A stretch of DNA of 64,000 nucleotides, taken from contig CBDBQD010000001.1 in NCBI GenBank assembly GCA_965209115.1, positions 1,274,483 to 1,338,482 on the forward strand, written 5' to 3'. The notes under the pieces are model-generated. The model saw only the letters and a list, made by a program, of their open reading frames with translations, did no database searches and was not told where the DNA came from. How positions within the stretch are numbered: position 1 is the first letter of the stretch; each line of letters begins with the position of its first letter. Positions 30,839 to 40,555 of this stretch are shown in pieces. Position numbers and translations under genes: made by a program. This DNA comes from Acidimicrobiales bacterium. Lineage in GTDB: Bacteria; Actinomycetota; Acidimicrobiia; Acidimicrobiales; CATQHL01.

Positions 30839-31270
30839 GCGACCGGGAGGCTCTCAAGCAGAGCATCGACGACCTGTCGCCTATGGGCGTGCGATCATTT
30901 CCAAGCTGACCGAGGCCGCCTGGATTCAAGATGTCCGTTCAGCGCGCACGCGAAGGCAACACACGCTGAGCTGTTCGAGGAGTACTGCGCTGCGGTCGAC
31001 GCGATCGTGATGCTGCGGGCGTTCCGGGCCGATCGAACCACGATGCCGCACCGCTACCAACTCCTTGAGGTCCCCACCGCCATCTTCAAATCTCTATCGG
31101 ACGCGCCCCAATCCGCGTTCGAAGCCGACGGACCCACCATTGACTGCGCGTACGGCGGGAACGCCGTCGCCGCGCGGGTCTCGCTGGACAGGTCCGACGC
31201 CAAGATCACCGTCAAGCATATCCAACTCTCTGTGTGCGACATCCACGCCCAATGGGAGCTACAGCCCTGA
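30835..31270 (+). pseudogene. type II restriction endonuclease remnant (SmaI-like), internal deletion and frameshifts
   Basis: GTG overlaps the MTase stop; fragments ISKLTEAAW, YQLLEVP and KITVKHIQLSVCDIHAQW resemble the SmaI C-terminus as I recall it. Confidence 0.6.
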
Positions 31271-32190
31271 ACACTTGCAGTCGACGGAGGCGGTTCTGAG
31301 CGATTTCTGAAGCGCCGCAAATCAGCCGATGACATGGAAGCGATCCAGCAGGTGGGCGGCGCGGCTCAAGTGCGGCCCACAGCGGTTCTGTGGGCATTCG
31401 AGCCGTCGGTGTCGACAATCGTAACCTCCACCGAGGCGAGCCCCTCGTGGTGTCCGCAGTTGGATCATCTGTCTTCGTATTTCCCTCTGTCTCAGTTCGT
31501 TCCAGATCAATCATGACCTGGGGACTAAGCACCGGCAACTCATAGTAGAACTCCGGCACATATACGTATGGGTTCTCGTCGTCAGACTCGCACATAGCTC
31601 CGAATCGAACGACCCTGACAACAGACGGCCTAAGTTTGGAGTCAGACACGACAATCAAAGACATTATCCCGTGTGTCGGTGTCCCACTTATCGAACCAAT
31701 TCGGAATCTTCACCTTTACGGTGACATGCGTCTGCCAACTCGCCATTTCCCTCGTGCGGCACGGATAGTGGACCGCCACCTGCTGTCCTGAGTACCTCGT
31801 CAGGGTCTTCCATATCTGAAACTCTTGGATAGATTTCTCATGGTTCTCATCCTCGTTGAGGCAGTGTTATTGGGTCGTGAACCTCCTGCTACTACGGATT
31901 GTTTTTGGTTGAACTCGCGGCCCGGAGACCTGAACGCAAGTTACACCAGCAACGGCCTTCGCGAATCGCGGCACGCCCCCGGACGCGGGTGTGCCGAGCG
32001 GTGACGATCCACGGCAAAGACGGGCCAATCGCCACCGGCCGGCTCGGTGCGGATCGTTCTGGCGACCGGCGAGCAGATCGTCTTGCCGAGGCCGCCTGAC
32101 TCCCCTCCCCGGAGCCGGTCCGCTCAACCCTGGGTACCATCGGGGCGCACCGGACGGGCGCTCCGCTTCGCACCAGCAATCCGCCGGCTT

Positions 32191-32264
32191 GCCCCCGTAG
32201 CTCAGTTGGACAGAGCAGGGACCTCCTAAGTCCAAGGCCGCAGGTTCGAATCCTGCCGGGGGCG
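32191..32264 (+). tRNA. tRNA-Arg(CCT)
   Basis: GCCCCCG/CGGGGGC acceptor stem, GCTC/GAGC D-arm, CTCCTAA anticodon loop, GGTTCGAATCC T-arm; CCA not encoded. Confidence 0.95.
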
Positions 32265-32323
32265 CAGCTTCCCGACCCGTATTCGCACTAACGTCGGTCG
32301 CGTGAGATCGAGGAGCACTTCGA

Positions 32324-33160
32324 GTGGCCCCTGAGGCTTTGGCGGGTACCCCGTTCGGGACCGCGTTCATCCTCTGCGTCGCTATCGCGGCGGCTTGCTG
32401 GATTCTCTCGCTGCTGACGGGGGAGTTCTCCTGGGTGGACCGTGTGTGGTCGCTGGCCCCGCCCGCCTACTGCCTGATCGTGGCGGCCGAGCAGGGTTTC
32501 TCTTCCGCCCGGGTCAACATCATGACGGTGCTGGTCCTGATGTGGTCGGTGCGGTTGACGGCCAACTTCGCCGTGAAGGGCGGGTACCAGCCCGGTGGCG
32601 AGGACTACCGGTGGGCCTACATGCAGGGAAAACTCAGCAAGCTGCAGTTCCAGTTGTTGAACGTGACGTTCATCTGCCCCGGCCAGATGGCCATCATCCT
32701 CCTGTTCACCGCTCCCGTCCATCAGGCGTGGCTGCATCCCGACCAGCCGCTGGGGTGGCTGGACTACCTGGCGATCGTCGTGTTCCTCTTGTTGCTCGCA
32801 GGTGAGACCGTCGCCGATGCGCAGATGCTCCGCTTCCAGAAGAACAAGAAGCGGCTGCGGGATGCGGGAATCGAGGTCGACAAGCCGTTCATGGACGGGG
32901 GCCTGTTCCGGTTCAGCCGCCACCCGAACTACTTCTGCGAGATGGGGATGTGGGTGGTCTTCTACCTCTTCGCCATCTCCGCATCGGGCACGGTGGTGCA
33001 CTGGACGGGCCTCGGGTTCCTGCTGCTGATCGCGCTCTTCCAGGGCTCTATCAATCTCACCGAGGAGATCTCCGGCGGGAAGTACCCTGGTTACAGCGAC
33101 TACCAGGCCACTGTTCCCAGAGTGGTGCCGATTCCCCTGCGCAAGTTGGTGGGGAGGTAG
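32324..33160 (+). CDS. DUF1295 / steroid 5-alpha-reductase-like membrane protein
   Basis: SWVDRVWS, EDYRW, SRHPNYFCE. Confidence 0.88.
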   Translation: MAPEALAGTPFGTAFILCVAIAAACWILSLLTGEFSWVDRVWSLAPPAYCLIVAAEQGFSSARVNIMTVLVLMWSVRLTANFAVKGGYQPGGEDYRWAYMQGKLSKLQFQLLNVTFICPGQMAIILLFTAPVHQAWLHPDQPLGWLDYLAIVVFLLLLAGETVADAQMLRFQKNKKRLRDAGIEVDKPFMDGGLFRFSRHPNYFCEMGMWVVFYLFAISASGTVVHWTGLGFLLLIALFQGSINLTEEISGGKYPGYSDYQATVPRVVPIPLRKLVGR

Positions 33161-33231
33161 AGGGCTCCGGCCTCAGGTGCCGGAGGGCCGGCCTCCGCGG
33201 AGGCCTCCGGCGGGAACGGGCTCAGGGCGCG

Positions 33232-33870
33232 TCACTCCCGGGCGCGCCACGCCTCCAGGTCGGGGTCGACGGTGCGGTCGCGCTTGATCTCGCTGAAGTT
33301 CTCGTAGCGGGTCAGCCAGGCCGTGTGGTGCCAGAGGGCCACCGCGTCGTCGTCGTTGTCGGGCGGGTTGGAGATGACCGGCCCGAACGTGGCCGGCCCG
33401 TCGGGGCCGTCGACCTGGATCGTGGGGACGCCGAAGCTGCGGGTGCTGCTGGTCAGCCAGGTGTGCTCGGCGAGCAGCTTCTCCCAGGTCCCCGGGTCGG
33501 CCAGGGCGTCCGCCAGCACGCTCTCGTCGAGGCCGGCGTCACTCAGGGCGCCGGTGATGGTGGCGTCCTCCTGATAATCCTGCAGGCCGTCGAAGATGCG
33601 GTTGCCGATGGCGCCGTAGTAGTCGGCCATGGCCTCGTTGCCGAACCGGTCGCGCACGGCGATGGCGGTGCGCAGGGCCCTGACGCCGCGGCCCCGGTCG
33701 GGGTCGAACTCCTCCATGGGCTTCTCGAAGTTGATGATCGCAAGTGAGAACACGCCCCACTCGACCTCCACCACGTCCAGCTCGATGAGCCGCCGGACCC
33801 AGCGGAAGGTCTGGTAGCACCACGGTCAAACGGGATCGAAGTAGAAGCGGATGTGCTCGGGCTCGGCCAC
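33232..33870 (-). CDS. DsbA-like/Rv2466c-family oxidoreductase, predicted selenoprotein (UPWC)
   Basis: GGAGG RBS then GTG; FYFDPV-TGA-PWCYQ is in frame with the 33232-33774 ORF (FGVPT, FGPVIS, FSEIKR); SECIS-like hairpin 20 nt downstream of the TGA. Confidence 0.85.
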
Positions 33871-34024
33871 GGTTTCCTCCTGGGCTCCCATCCCGGCCGC
33901 TGCGGACGGGATGGCACCGGCAACGTTACTGGCGCTCCGGCCCGGCCTCGCGCCCGCCGCAGCGGCTGTGGTGTCGGACCGGGGCGGTGTGGCGCCAAGA
34001 GCGGGTCGGTAAACTCTGCGGGCT

Positions 34025-34261
34025 ATGTCTCGTGTCTGCCAGGTCACCGGGCGCAAGCCGTCGTTCGGCAACAACGTCTCGCACTCGCACCGCAAGACCC
34101 GCCGGCGCTGGAACGTGAACGTGCAGCGCCACCGCTACTGGGTTCCCAGCGAGAAGCGGTGGGTGACCCTGCGCGTCAGCGCCAAGGGAATGAAGACCAT
34201 CAACAAGCACGGCATCGAGAAGGTGCTTGCCGACATGCGACGCCGGGGGGTGAAGATCTGA
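34025..34261 (+). CDS. rpmB: 50S ribosomal protein L28
   Basis: MSRVCQVTG...GNNVSHSH...RVSAKG. Confidence 0.97.
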   Translation: MSRVCQVTGRKPSFGNNVSHSHRKTRRRWNVNVQRHRYWVPSEKRWVTLRVSAKGMKTINKHGIEKVLADMRRRGVKI

Positions 34262-34428
34262 TGCCTGCGGGAAGCGACAAGCGGCCCATCATCAAGCTGG
34301 TGTCCACGGCGGGCACCGGTTACACCTACGTGACCACCAAGAACCGGATCAACCAGCGGGACCGCATCACGCTCAAGAAGTACGACCCGGTGGTGCGGCG
34401 TCACGTGGAGTTCAAAGAGCAGAAGTAG
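34261..34428 (+). CDS. rpmG: 50S ribosomal protein L33 (Cys-free type)
   Basis: [21 protein letters not shown]...[15 protein letters not shown]. Confidence 0.97.
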   Translation: MPAGSDKRPIIKLVSTAGTGYTYVTTKNRINQRDRITLKKYDPVVRRHVEFKEQK

Positions 34429-34450
34429 CCGGGCGCTCGGCGGCGGGCGC

Positions 34451-35626
34451 TCAGCGGCGCTCGTCGCGCAGGTCGAAGGCGATCTTGATGGAGCCGCGGC
34501 GCCCGGCCTGGTCGGCGTGACGCACCGCCGCGGCGTAGTCCGCCAGCGGGTAGGTGGCGGAGACCAACTCCTCCAACTTTTCCGAGCGCACCAGTTCGAA
34601 GGCCATGTCGAAAGTGTGCACGGAGACGCCGTCGGTGAGTTGCTCGGTGCCGTAGGTGTAGGCCCCCACCAGCGCGACCTCGCGGTGCCAGACCGGGGCC
34701 AGGTCGATGCGTCCCGGTCCGGGCATGCCGCACAGCACAACCGATCCGCGCGGCCGGGTGACCGCCACGGCGTCGGCCAGCGAGCCGGGGCTGCCGACCG
34801 CGTCGATCGTGGTGCCGGCGCCGCCGCTCAGCAGGTCGCCGGTCATGCGGCAGCCCACGACGCGCCGCACGGCACGGCGGATCTCGTTGGGCTTCACCAC
34901 CAGGTCGGCGCCCAGGCGGGTGGCGAGGCGCTGCTGCTCCTCGTACTTCACGGCCGCGATGATGCGCTCGGCGGCCGAGCCGGCCCGCAGCGCGGCGATG
35001 ACGCACAGGCCGATTGGCCCGCCACCGATCACCACGACGGTGTCGCCTTCGGTCACCTCCGCACGCAGTGCCGCGTGGATGGCGCTCGCCGTGGGCTCCA
35101 CCATGACGGCGGCCTCGTCACCGAGGTCTTCGGGCACCTCGTGGAGTTGGCTGTCGTGCGCCACGAACTCCGTCGACCAGCCGCCGCCGGTCCGCTTGCA
35201 CGACCCGGTCTGCAGTCCCGGCCCCAGAGGGCCGGAGGTGAGATGGCCGTAGTCGATGCCGTCCGCGGGAGCCGCGCCGGCGTGCGGGGGAGGCTCGCCC
35301 CGCGCCGCGTGGCCCAGCACGGCGTCGAGCACCACGCGGCGCCCGTCGTCGAGGTCGCCGACCACCTCGTGGCCGAGCACGAACGGCATGGACGCCAGCG
35401 CCTCGAAGTAGCGCGAGGTGCGGCCCTTCAACAGCGCCAGGTCGCTGCCGCAGATACCCGAGAGGCGGGGGCGGACGGTGTGCCAGCCGGCCCCGGGCAG
35501 CGCCGGCGGATCGATGTCGGCGAGGCGCAGCGGGGCGAGCCGGGGCGCGGCCGTCTCGGTGAGGCGCGTCGTGAGCGCCGTCGCCGCGTAGCGGGCCTCC
35601 TTGCGTTCGAACACGAGCGCCTTCAC
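34451..35626 (-). CDS. zinc-binding (MDR) dehydrogenase
   Basis: GICGSD, LGHEVVG, GGGPIG. Confidence 0.9.
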   Translation of the reverse strand: MKALVFERKEARYAATALTTRLTETAAPRLAPLRLADIDPPALPGAGWHTVRPRLSGICGSDLALLKGRTSRYFEALASMPFVLGHEVVGDLDDGRRVVLDAVLGHAARGEPPPHAGAAPADGIDYGHLTSGPLGPGLQTGSCKRTGGGWSTEFVAHDSQLHEVPEDLGDEAAVMVEPTASAIHAALRAEVTEGDTVVVIGGGPIGLCVIAALRAGSAAERIIAAVKYEEQQRLATRLGADLVVKPNEIRRAVRRVVGCRMTGDLLSGGAGTTIDAVGSPGSLADAVAVTRPRGSVVLCGMPGPGRIDLAPVWHREVALVGAYTYGTEQLTDGVSVHTFDMAFELVRSEKLEELVSATYPLADYAAAVRHADQAGRRGSIKIAFDLRDERR

Positions 35627-35705
35627 TGTCGCCAAGGGTAGCGGGGAGGCGGATTCCGTCTCGCCGCGGCGGGGCGTCGACCGCTGCAGGGGCCAGAATG
35701 AAGGT

Positions 35706-36575
35706 GTGGACGGCCAGGACGTACCCGCTGACGCCGCCCCCGGTGTATCGGAGGGCGAGCCGGTGCCGCGCGCCCCGGAATCCGGTGGCGCCGAGGCGGC
35801 GACGATGCGTGACCTGCTCTCGGGCGCGCTGCTGGCCGACGACCCCACCGAGCCGCTGCTCGAACTGCTGCGCAGCGGCTGGGCCGAGCGGATCGTGCCC
35901 GAGTTGCCGGCCCTGGAACTGGAGCAGGATCCCATCCACCGGCACAAGGACGTGCTGGCGCACACCGTGGCGGTGACGGCCAAGACCCGCCCCGACCTGC
36001 GCCTCCGGCTGGCTGCCCTGTTCCACGACATCGGCAAGCCGGCCACGCGCTCCTACGAGGGTGGCAAGGTGTCGTTCCACCAGCACGAGGCGGTCGGCGC
36101 CAAGATCACGCGCAGGCGCCTGCGGGCGCTGGAGTATCCCGAGGACGTCGTGGCCGACGTGACTGAGCTGGTGCGGCTGTCGGGGCGCTTCAAGGGCTTC
36201 AGCGGCGGGTGGTCCGACGCCGCCGTGCGCCGCTACGCCAGGGACGCCGGCCACCTGCTGGGCCACCTCAACGAGCTGGTGCGCTGCGACTGCACGACCC
36301 GCAACCGGGCGCGCGCCGAGGAACTCCAGCACCACGTCGACGAGCTCGAGGAGCGGATCAGGCAGCTGGCCGAGGCGGAGCGGCGGGCGGCGGAGCGGCC
36401 GCTGCTGGACGGCCACGCCGTGATGCAGCGCCTGGGGCTCGGCGCGGGTCCCGAGGTCGGCGAGGCGCTGCGGTTCCTGCTGCAGCTGCGCCGCCGCGCC
36501 CCCGACCTGGGCGTCGAGGAGACCGAGCGCCGCCTCGACGAGTGGTGGGCCGAGCGCCGCGACGTCACGGACTGA
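35706..36575 (+). CDS. stand-alone HD(IG) domain protein resembling the C-terminal half of a CCA-adding enzyme
   Basis: HRHKDVLAHT, LFHDIGKP, FHQHEAVGA, WSDAAVRRY; no nucleotidyltransferase domain; start codon uncertain. Confidence 0.82.
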   Translation: MDGQDVPADAAPGVSEGEPVPRAPESGGAEAATMRDLLSGALLADDPTEPLLELLRSGWAERIVPELPALELEQDPIHRHKDVLAHTVAVTAKTRPDLRLRLAALFHDIGKPATRSYEGGKVSFHQHEAVGAKITRRRLRALEYPEDVVADVTELVRLSGRFKGFSGGWSDAAVRRYARDAGHLLGHLNELVRCDCTTRNRARAEELQHHVDELEERIRQLAEAERRAAERPLLDGHAVMQRLGLGAGPEVGEALRFLLQLRRRAPDLGVEETERRLDEWWAERRDVTD

Positions 36576-36636
36576 CCGAGGCGATTCGGTGGCGTATCTT
36601 GTGGCGGACGGACGGGCCGGCTGAGAGGGACGTCAG

Positions 36637-38988
36637 ATGAGCGCCACAGCACAGGACACCACAGTGATCGGCACGCGGCGGCTGCGCCGGGAGGATCCCG
36701 CTCTGCTGTCGGGCGAGGCTCGCTTCATCGACGACCTAGACGTTCCCGGCGCGCTGTGGATGGCGGCGGTGCGCAGCCCGCACGCCCACGCCCGTATCAA
36801 CAGCGTCGACCTCGAGGCCGCACTCGCCGCGCCCGGCGTGGTGGCGGCCTACAGCGGCGAGGACTTCGCCGCGCTGGGCGCTGGTCCGCTGCCGTGCGCC
36901 TGGCCGGTGACGCCGGACATGAAGAACCCGCCGCACCTCCCGGTCGCCACCGACGTGGCGTGCCACGTGGGCCAGATCGTGGCGGTCGTGCTGGCCGAGA
37001 GCCGCTACGCGGCCGCCGATGCCGTCGAGGAGGTGGTGGTCGACTACGAGCCGCTGGATGCGGTGATCGACCTGGAGGACGCCGCTTCGGACGCCACCGT
37101 CATCCATCCCGACATCGGCACCAACGTGAGCTACGTCTGGGAACTGAAGCCCGACGAGGGCGCCGTCGAGGCCGCCTTCGCGGAGGCCGTGCACACCGTG
37201 AGCGAGCGCTACGTCCACCAGCGGCTCATCCCCGCCGCCATGGAGCCCCGCGGCGTGGCCGTGGTGCCGTCCCCCCACGCCGGTGACGTGACGGTCTACT
37301 CCTCCACGCAGATACCCCACATCCTCAAGATCATGCTGGCGCTCACCGTCGGCCTTCCCGAGCAGAAGGTGCGCGTGGTGGCGCCGGCGGTCGGCGGCGG
37401 TTTCGGCTCGAAGCTGAACGTCTACGCCGAGGAGGTCATCTGCTGCGCCCTGGCCGTCAACCGGGGCCAGGCGGTGCGCTGGACCGAGGGCCGCAGCGAG
37501 GCGGCGGTCGCGACGATCCAGGGACGGGGCCAGATCCAGGACATCTCCCTGGCGGCCGACGCCGACGGCAAGGTGACGGCGGTGCGCGTCTCGCTGCTGG
37601 CCGACATGGGCGCCTACCTGCAGCTCGTGACCCCCGGCGTGCCGCTGCTCGGGGGCTTCCTGTACCACGGCTGCTACGACATCCCGGCCTACTCCTTCAG
37701 TTGCACGAGCGTGTTCACGAACAAGACACCCACCGACGCCTACCGGGGCGCCGGGCGGCCCGAGGCCACCTACGCCATCGAGCGGGCCATGGACGCCCTG
37801 GCGGCCGAGGTGGGCGTGAGCGCCGATGAGATCCGCCGTCGCAACTTCATCGACTCGTTCCCCTACAACTCCACCGCGGGCCTGAGCTTCGACAGCGGGG
37901 CCTATACCCCGGCGCTGGCGAAGGCCATGGACCTCGTGGGTTACGACGATCTGCGTGCCGAGCAGGCGCGGCGCCGCGCCGAGAGCTCGTCGAGCCATCT
38001 GGGGATCGGCTTCTCCAGCTACGTGGAGATGTGCGGCCTGGCGCCCAGCCGGGTGCTGGCGGCGCTGAACTACGGCGCCGGCGGCTGGGAGTCGGCCACC
38101 GTGCGGGTGCTGCCGACCGCCAAGGTGCAGGTCGTGACCGGGACCACCCCGCACGGCCAGGCGCACGAGACCTGCTGGTCGATGATCGTGGCCGAGCAGC
38201 TGGGCGTGGATCCCGACGACGTCGAGGTGCTGCACTCCGACACCGCCATCTCCCCCCTGGGTCTGGACACCTACGGGTCGCGGTCGTTGGCCGTGGGCGG
38301 GACGGCCATCCACCTGGCGACCGGGAAGATCATCGACAAGGCGCGCGCCATCGCCGCCCACCAGCTCGAGGCCTCCGAGGAGGACCTGGACTTCGAGGCG
38401 GGCACCTTCACCGTGCGGGGCACGCCGTCGGCCAGCATCAACATCGCCGCCATCGCCTTCGGTGCGTTCACCGCCCACAACCTGCCCGACGGGATGGAGC
38501 CGAACCTGGAGGCGCAGGCCACCTACGACCCGCCCAACTTCACCTTCCCCTTCGGCACGCACGTGGCGGTCGTGGAGGTGGACACCGAGACCGGGCACAC
38601 CGAGTTGGTGAAGTACGCCGCGGTGGACGACTGCGGCGTGCAGATCAACCCACTGGTCGTGGAGGGGCAGGTGCACGGCGGCATCGTGCAGGGCGTGGCG
38701 CAGGCCCTCTGGGAGGACGCCGTCTACGACGACGCCGGCCAGCTGCGCACCGCCACGATGGGCGACTACCTGGTGCCCGCCGCCTCGGACACGCCGAGCC
38801 TGCTGACCGACTCCACCGTCACGCCGAGCCCGACCAACCCGCTGGGAGTCAAGGGCGTGGGCGAGGCCGGAACCATTGCCTCCACGCCAGCGGTCATCAA
38901 CGCCATCGCCGACGCCCTGGGGCCGCTGGGCGTGCGCGACGTGTTGATGCCGGCAACCCCCGAGCGGGTCTGGAGGGCTCTCACCTGA
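36637..38988 (+). CDS. xanthine dehydrogenase family molybdopterin-binding subunit (form II CoxL-like)
   Basis: VRSPHAHA, VGGGFGSK, AYRGAGRPE, KGVGEAG. Confidence 0.93.
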   Translation: MSATAQDTTVIGTRRLRREDPALLSGEARFIDDLDVPGALWMAAVRSPHAHARINSVDLEAALAAPGVVAAYSGEDFAALGAGPLPCAWPVTPDMKNPPHLPVATDVACHVGQIVAVVLAESRYAAADAVEEVVVDYEPLDAVIDLEDAASDATVIHPDIGTNVSYVWELKPDEGAVEAAFAEAVHTVSERYVHQRLIPAAMEPRGVAVVPSPHAGDVTVYSSTQIPHILKIMLALTVGLPEQKVRVVAPAVGGGFGSKLNVYAEEVICCALAVNRGQAVRWTEGRSEAAVATIQGRGQIQDISLAADADGKVTAVRVSLLADMGAYLQLVTPGVPLLGGFLYHGCYDIPAYSFSCTSVFTNKTPTDAYRGAGRPEATYAIERAMDALAAEVGVSADEIRRRNFIDSFPYNSTAGLSFDSGAYTPALAKAMDLVGYDDLRAEQARRRAESSSSHLGIGFSSYVEMCGLAPSRVLAALNYGAGGWESATVRVLPTAKVQVVTGTTPHGQAHETCWSMIVAEQLGVDPDDVEVLHSDTAISPLGLDTYGSRSLAVGGTAIHLATGKIIDKARAIAAHQLEASEEDLDFEAGTFTVRGTPSASINIAAIAFGAFTAHNLPDGMEPNLEAQATYDPPNFTFPFGTHVAVVEVDTETGHTELVKYAAVDDCGVQINPLVVEGQVHGGIVQGVAQALWEDAVYDDAGQLRTATMGDYLVPAASDTPSLLTDSTVTPSPTNPLGVKGVGEAGTIASTPAVINAIADALGPLGVRDVLMPATPERVWRALT

Positions 38989-39023
38989 GGTGCCGGCGGC
39001 GACACCCACGAGGGAGCACGGAC

Positions 39024-40106
39024 ATGCGGGCTGCGGTACTGCGCAACGTCGGAGACACCACTCTGGACGTGTGCGACGACGTGGAGTTGATCGACCCCGG
39101 CCCCGGTGACGTGCTCGTGGAGATCACCCACACGGGCGTGTGCCACTCCGATCTCTCGGTCATGAACGGCACGATCCCCGAACGCTCACCCATCGTCCTG
39201 GGTCACGAGGGGGCCGGCATCGTGCGGGAGGTGGGCGGCGATGTCACCTCGGTGTCGGTCGGCGACCACGTGATCATGGTGTGGTCGCCGCCGTGCGGGA
39301 GATGCGTCCACTGCCTGCGCCACAAGCGCCCCAACCTGTGCGCCGACCTGCAGTTCGGCGTCATGCTGCGCCGCCAGTTCCGCCTGGGCGACTCCGAGTT
39401 GGCGTCGTTCTGCGGCGTCGGCACGTTCGCCGAACGGACCGTCGTGCCCGAGCAGGCGGTCGTGCGTATCGACCCCTCCGTGCCGCTGGAGGCGGCGGCG
39501 CTCGTGGGCTGCGGTGTGATGACCGGCGTCGGGGCGGCCCTCAACACCGCCAAGGTGGCGCCCGGCTCATCGGTGGTCGTCTTCGGGGTGGGCGGCGTGG
39601 GCGTGGCGGCGATCCAGGGTGCCCGCGTGGCGGGGGCCGCCGAGATCGTGGCCGTCGACCGCAATCCGGCCAAGCTGGACGTGGCCCGCTCCTTCGGCGC
39701 CACCGATGCGGTCCTGCCCGATGATCTCGACCCCATCAAGGCGGAGCTCACCGAAGGTCAGGGCTTCGACTACGCCCTGGAATGCATCGGCAGTCCTGTC
39801 ACCATGCGCGCCGCCTACGACGCGGTGCGCCGCGGCGGCACGTGCTGCATCGTCGGCGTCGGTCGTATGGAGGAGCAGGTCATCTTCAACGCCTTCGAAC
39901 TCTTCTTCTCCGAGAAGACCCTGGTGGGCTCCTACTACGGCGGCGCCGACGTGCGTGTGGACTTCCACCGGATGCTGCGCCTCGCCGCGGCCGGTCAACT
40001 GGACCTGGTCGGCATGATCGACCGGCGCATCCGCCTCGAGGACGTCAACGAGGCAATCGAGGCCGTGCAGACCGGCGACGTGGTCCGCCAGGTCATCGAA
40101 CTGTAG
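39024..40106 (+). CDS. Zn-dependent alcohol dehydrogenase
   Basis: GVCHSD, GHEGAG, CGRCVHC, GVGGVG. Confidence 0.93.
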   Translation: MRAAVLRNVGDTTLDVCDDVELIDPGPGDVLVEITHTGVCHSDLSVMNGTIPERSPIVLGHEGAGIVREVGGDVTSVSVGDHVIMVWSPPCGRCVHCLRHKRPNLCADLQFGVMLRRQFRLGDSELASFCGVGTFAERTVVPEQAVVRIDPSVPLEAAALVGCGVMTGVGAALNTAKVAPGSSVVVFGVGGVGVAAIQGARVAGAAEIVAVDRNPAKLDVARSFGATDAVLPDDLDPIKAELTEGQGFDYALECIGSPVTMRAAYDAVRRGGTCCIVGVGRMEEQVIFNAFELFFSEKTLVGSYYGGADVRVDFHRMLRLAAAGQLDLVGMIDRRIRLEDVNEAIEAVQTGDVVRQVIEL

Positions 40107-40172
40107 GGGCGCCCGCCGCCGGCCCGCGAGTAATCTGATCCCGTCCGCGCCGCCGAGGAGGAAGAACACCCC

Positions 40173-40373
40173 ATGAGCTACCGCATCGTCGTCGATTTCG
40201 ATCTGTGTGAGAGCAACGCCATCTGCATGCAGGTGGCTCCGGAAGTGTTCGAGGTGCGCGACGACGACTTCTTGTACATCCTCGACGAGACGCCGGGCGA
40301 GGACATGCGCGCCAAGGTGGACGAGGCGGTGCAGCGCTGCCCCAAGCAGGCGATCTCCGTCGCCGAGGACTGA
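40173..40373 (+). CDS. ferredoxin (3Fe-4S type)
   Basis: CESNAIC...CPKQAI. Confidence 0.92.
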   Translation: MSYRIVVDFDLCESNAICMQVAPEVFEVRDDDFLYILDETPGEDMRAKVDEAVQRCPKQAISVAED

Positions 40374-40410
40374 GGCACTTCCAGCAGGAACAGCCGGCAC
40401 TGCGCCGGCG

Positions 40411-40529
40411 TGGATTCCGGTCCCGGATCGCGTCCGGGACAGGCTCTTCGCCGGAATGACGAACGACGGGCACTCCGGGTGCCATTCTCCGGCGGCGACC
40501 AGGTGGATTCCGGCGTCCGCCGGAATGAC
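40411..40529. repeat. two REP-like palindromes (long 40411-40460, short 40504-40529)
   Basis: TGGATTCCGG...GCCGGAATGAC twice. Confidence 0.85.
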
Positions 40530-40555
40530 GGGTCCCGTGGAGTGAGGAGTCGGGC

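Noticed and set aside
29700-32264. tRNA-integrated mobile element
   Set aside because: No integrase and no duplicated tRNA segment were found; only the compositional anomaly is supported
33960-34428. Zur-regulated alternative ribosomal protein operon
   Set aside because: L33 is Cys-free, but I see no Zur-box-like AT-rich palindrome upstream, only a TAAACT -10
36637-38988. True aerobic CO dehydrogenase (form I)
   Set aside because: The active-site loop is AYRGAGR rather than AYXCSFR, and no coxMS or accessory genes are adjacent
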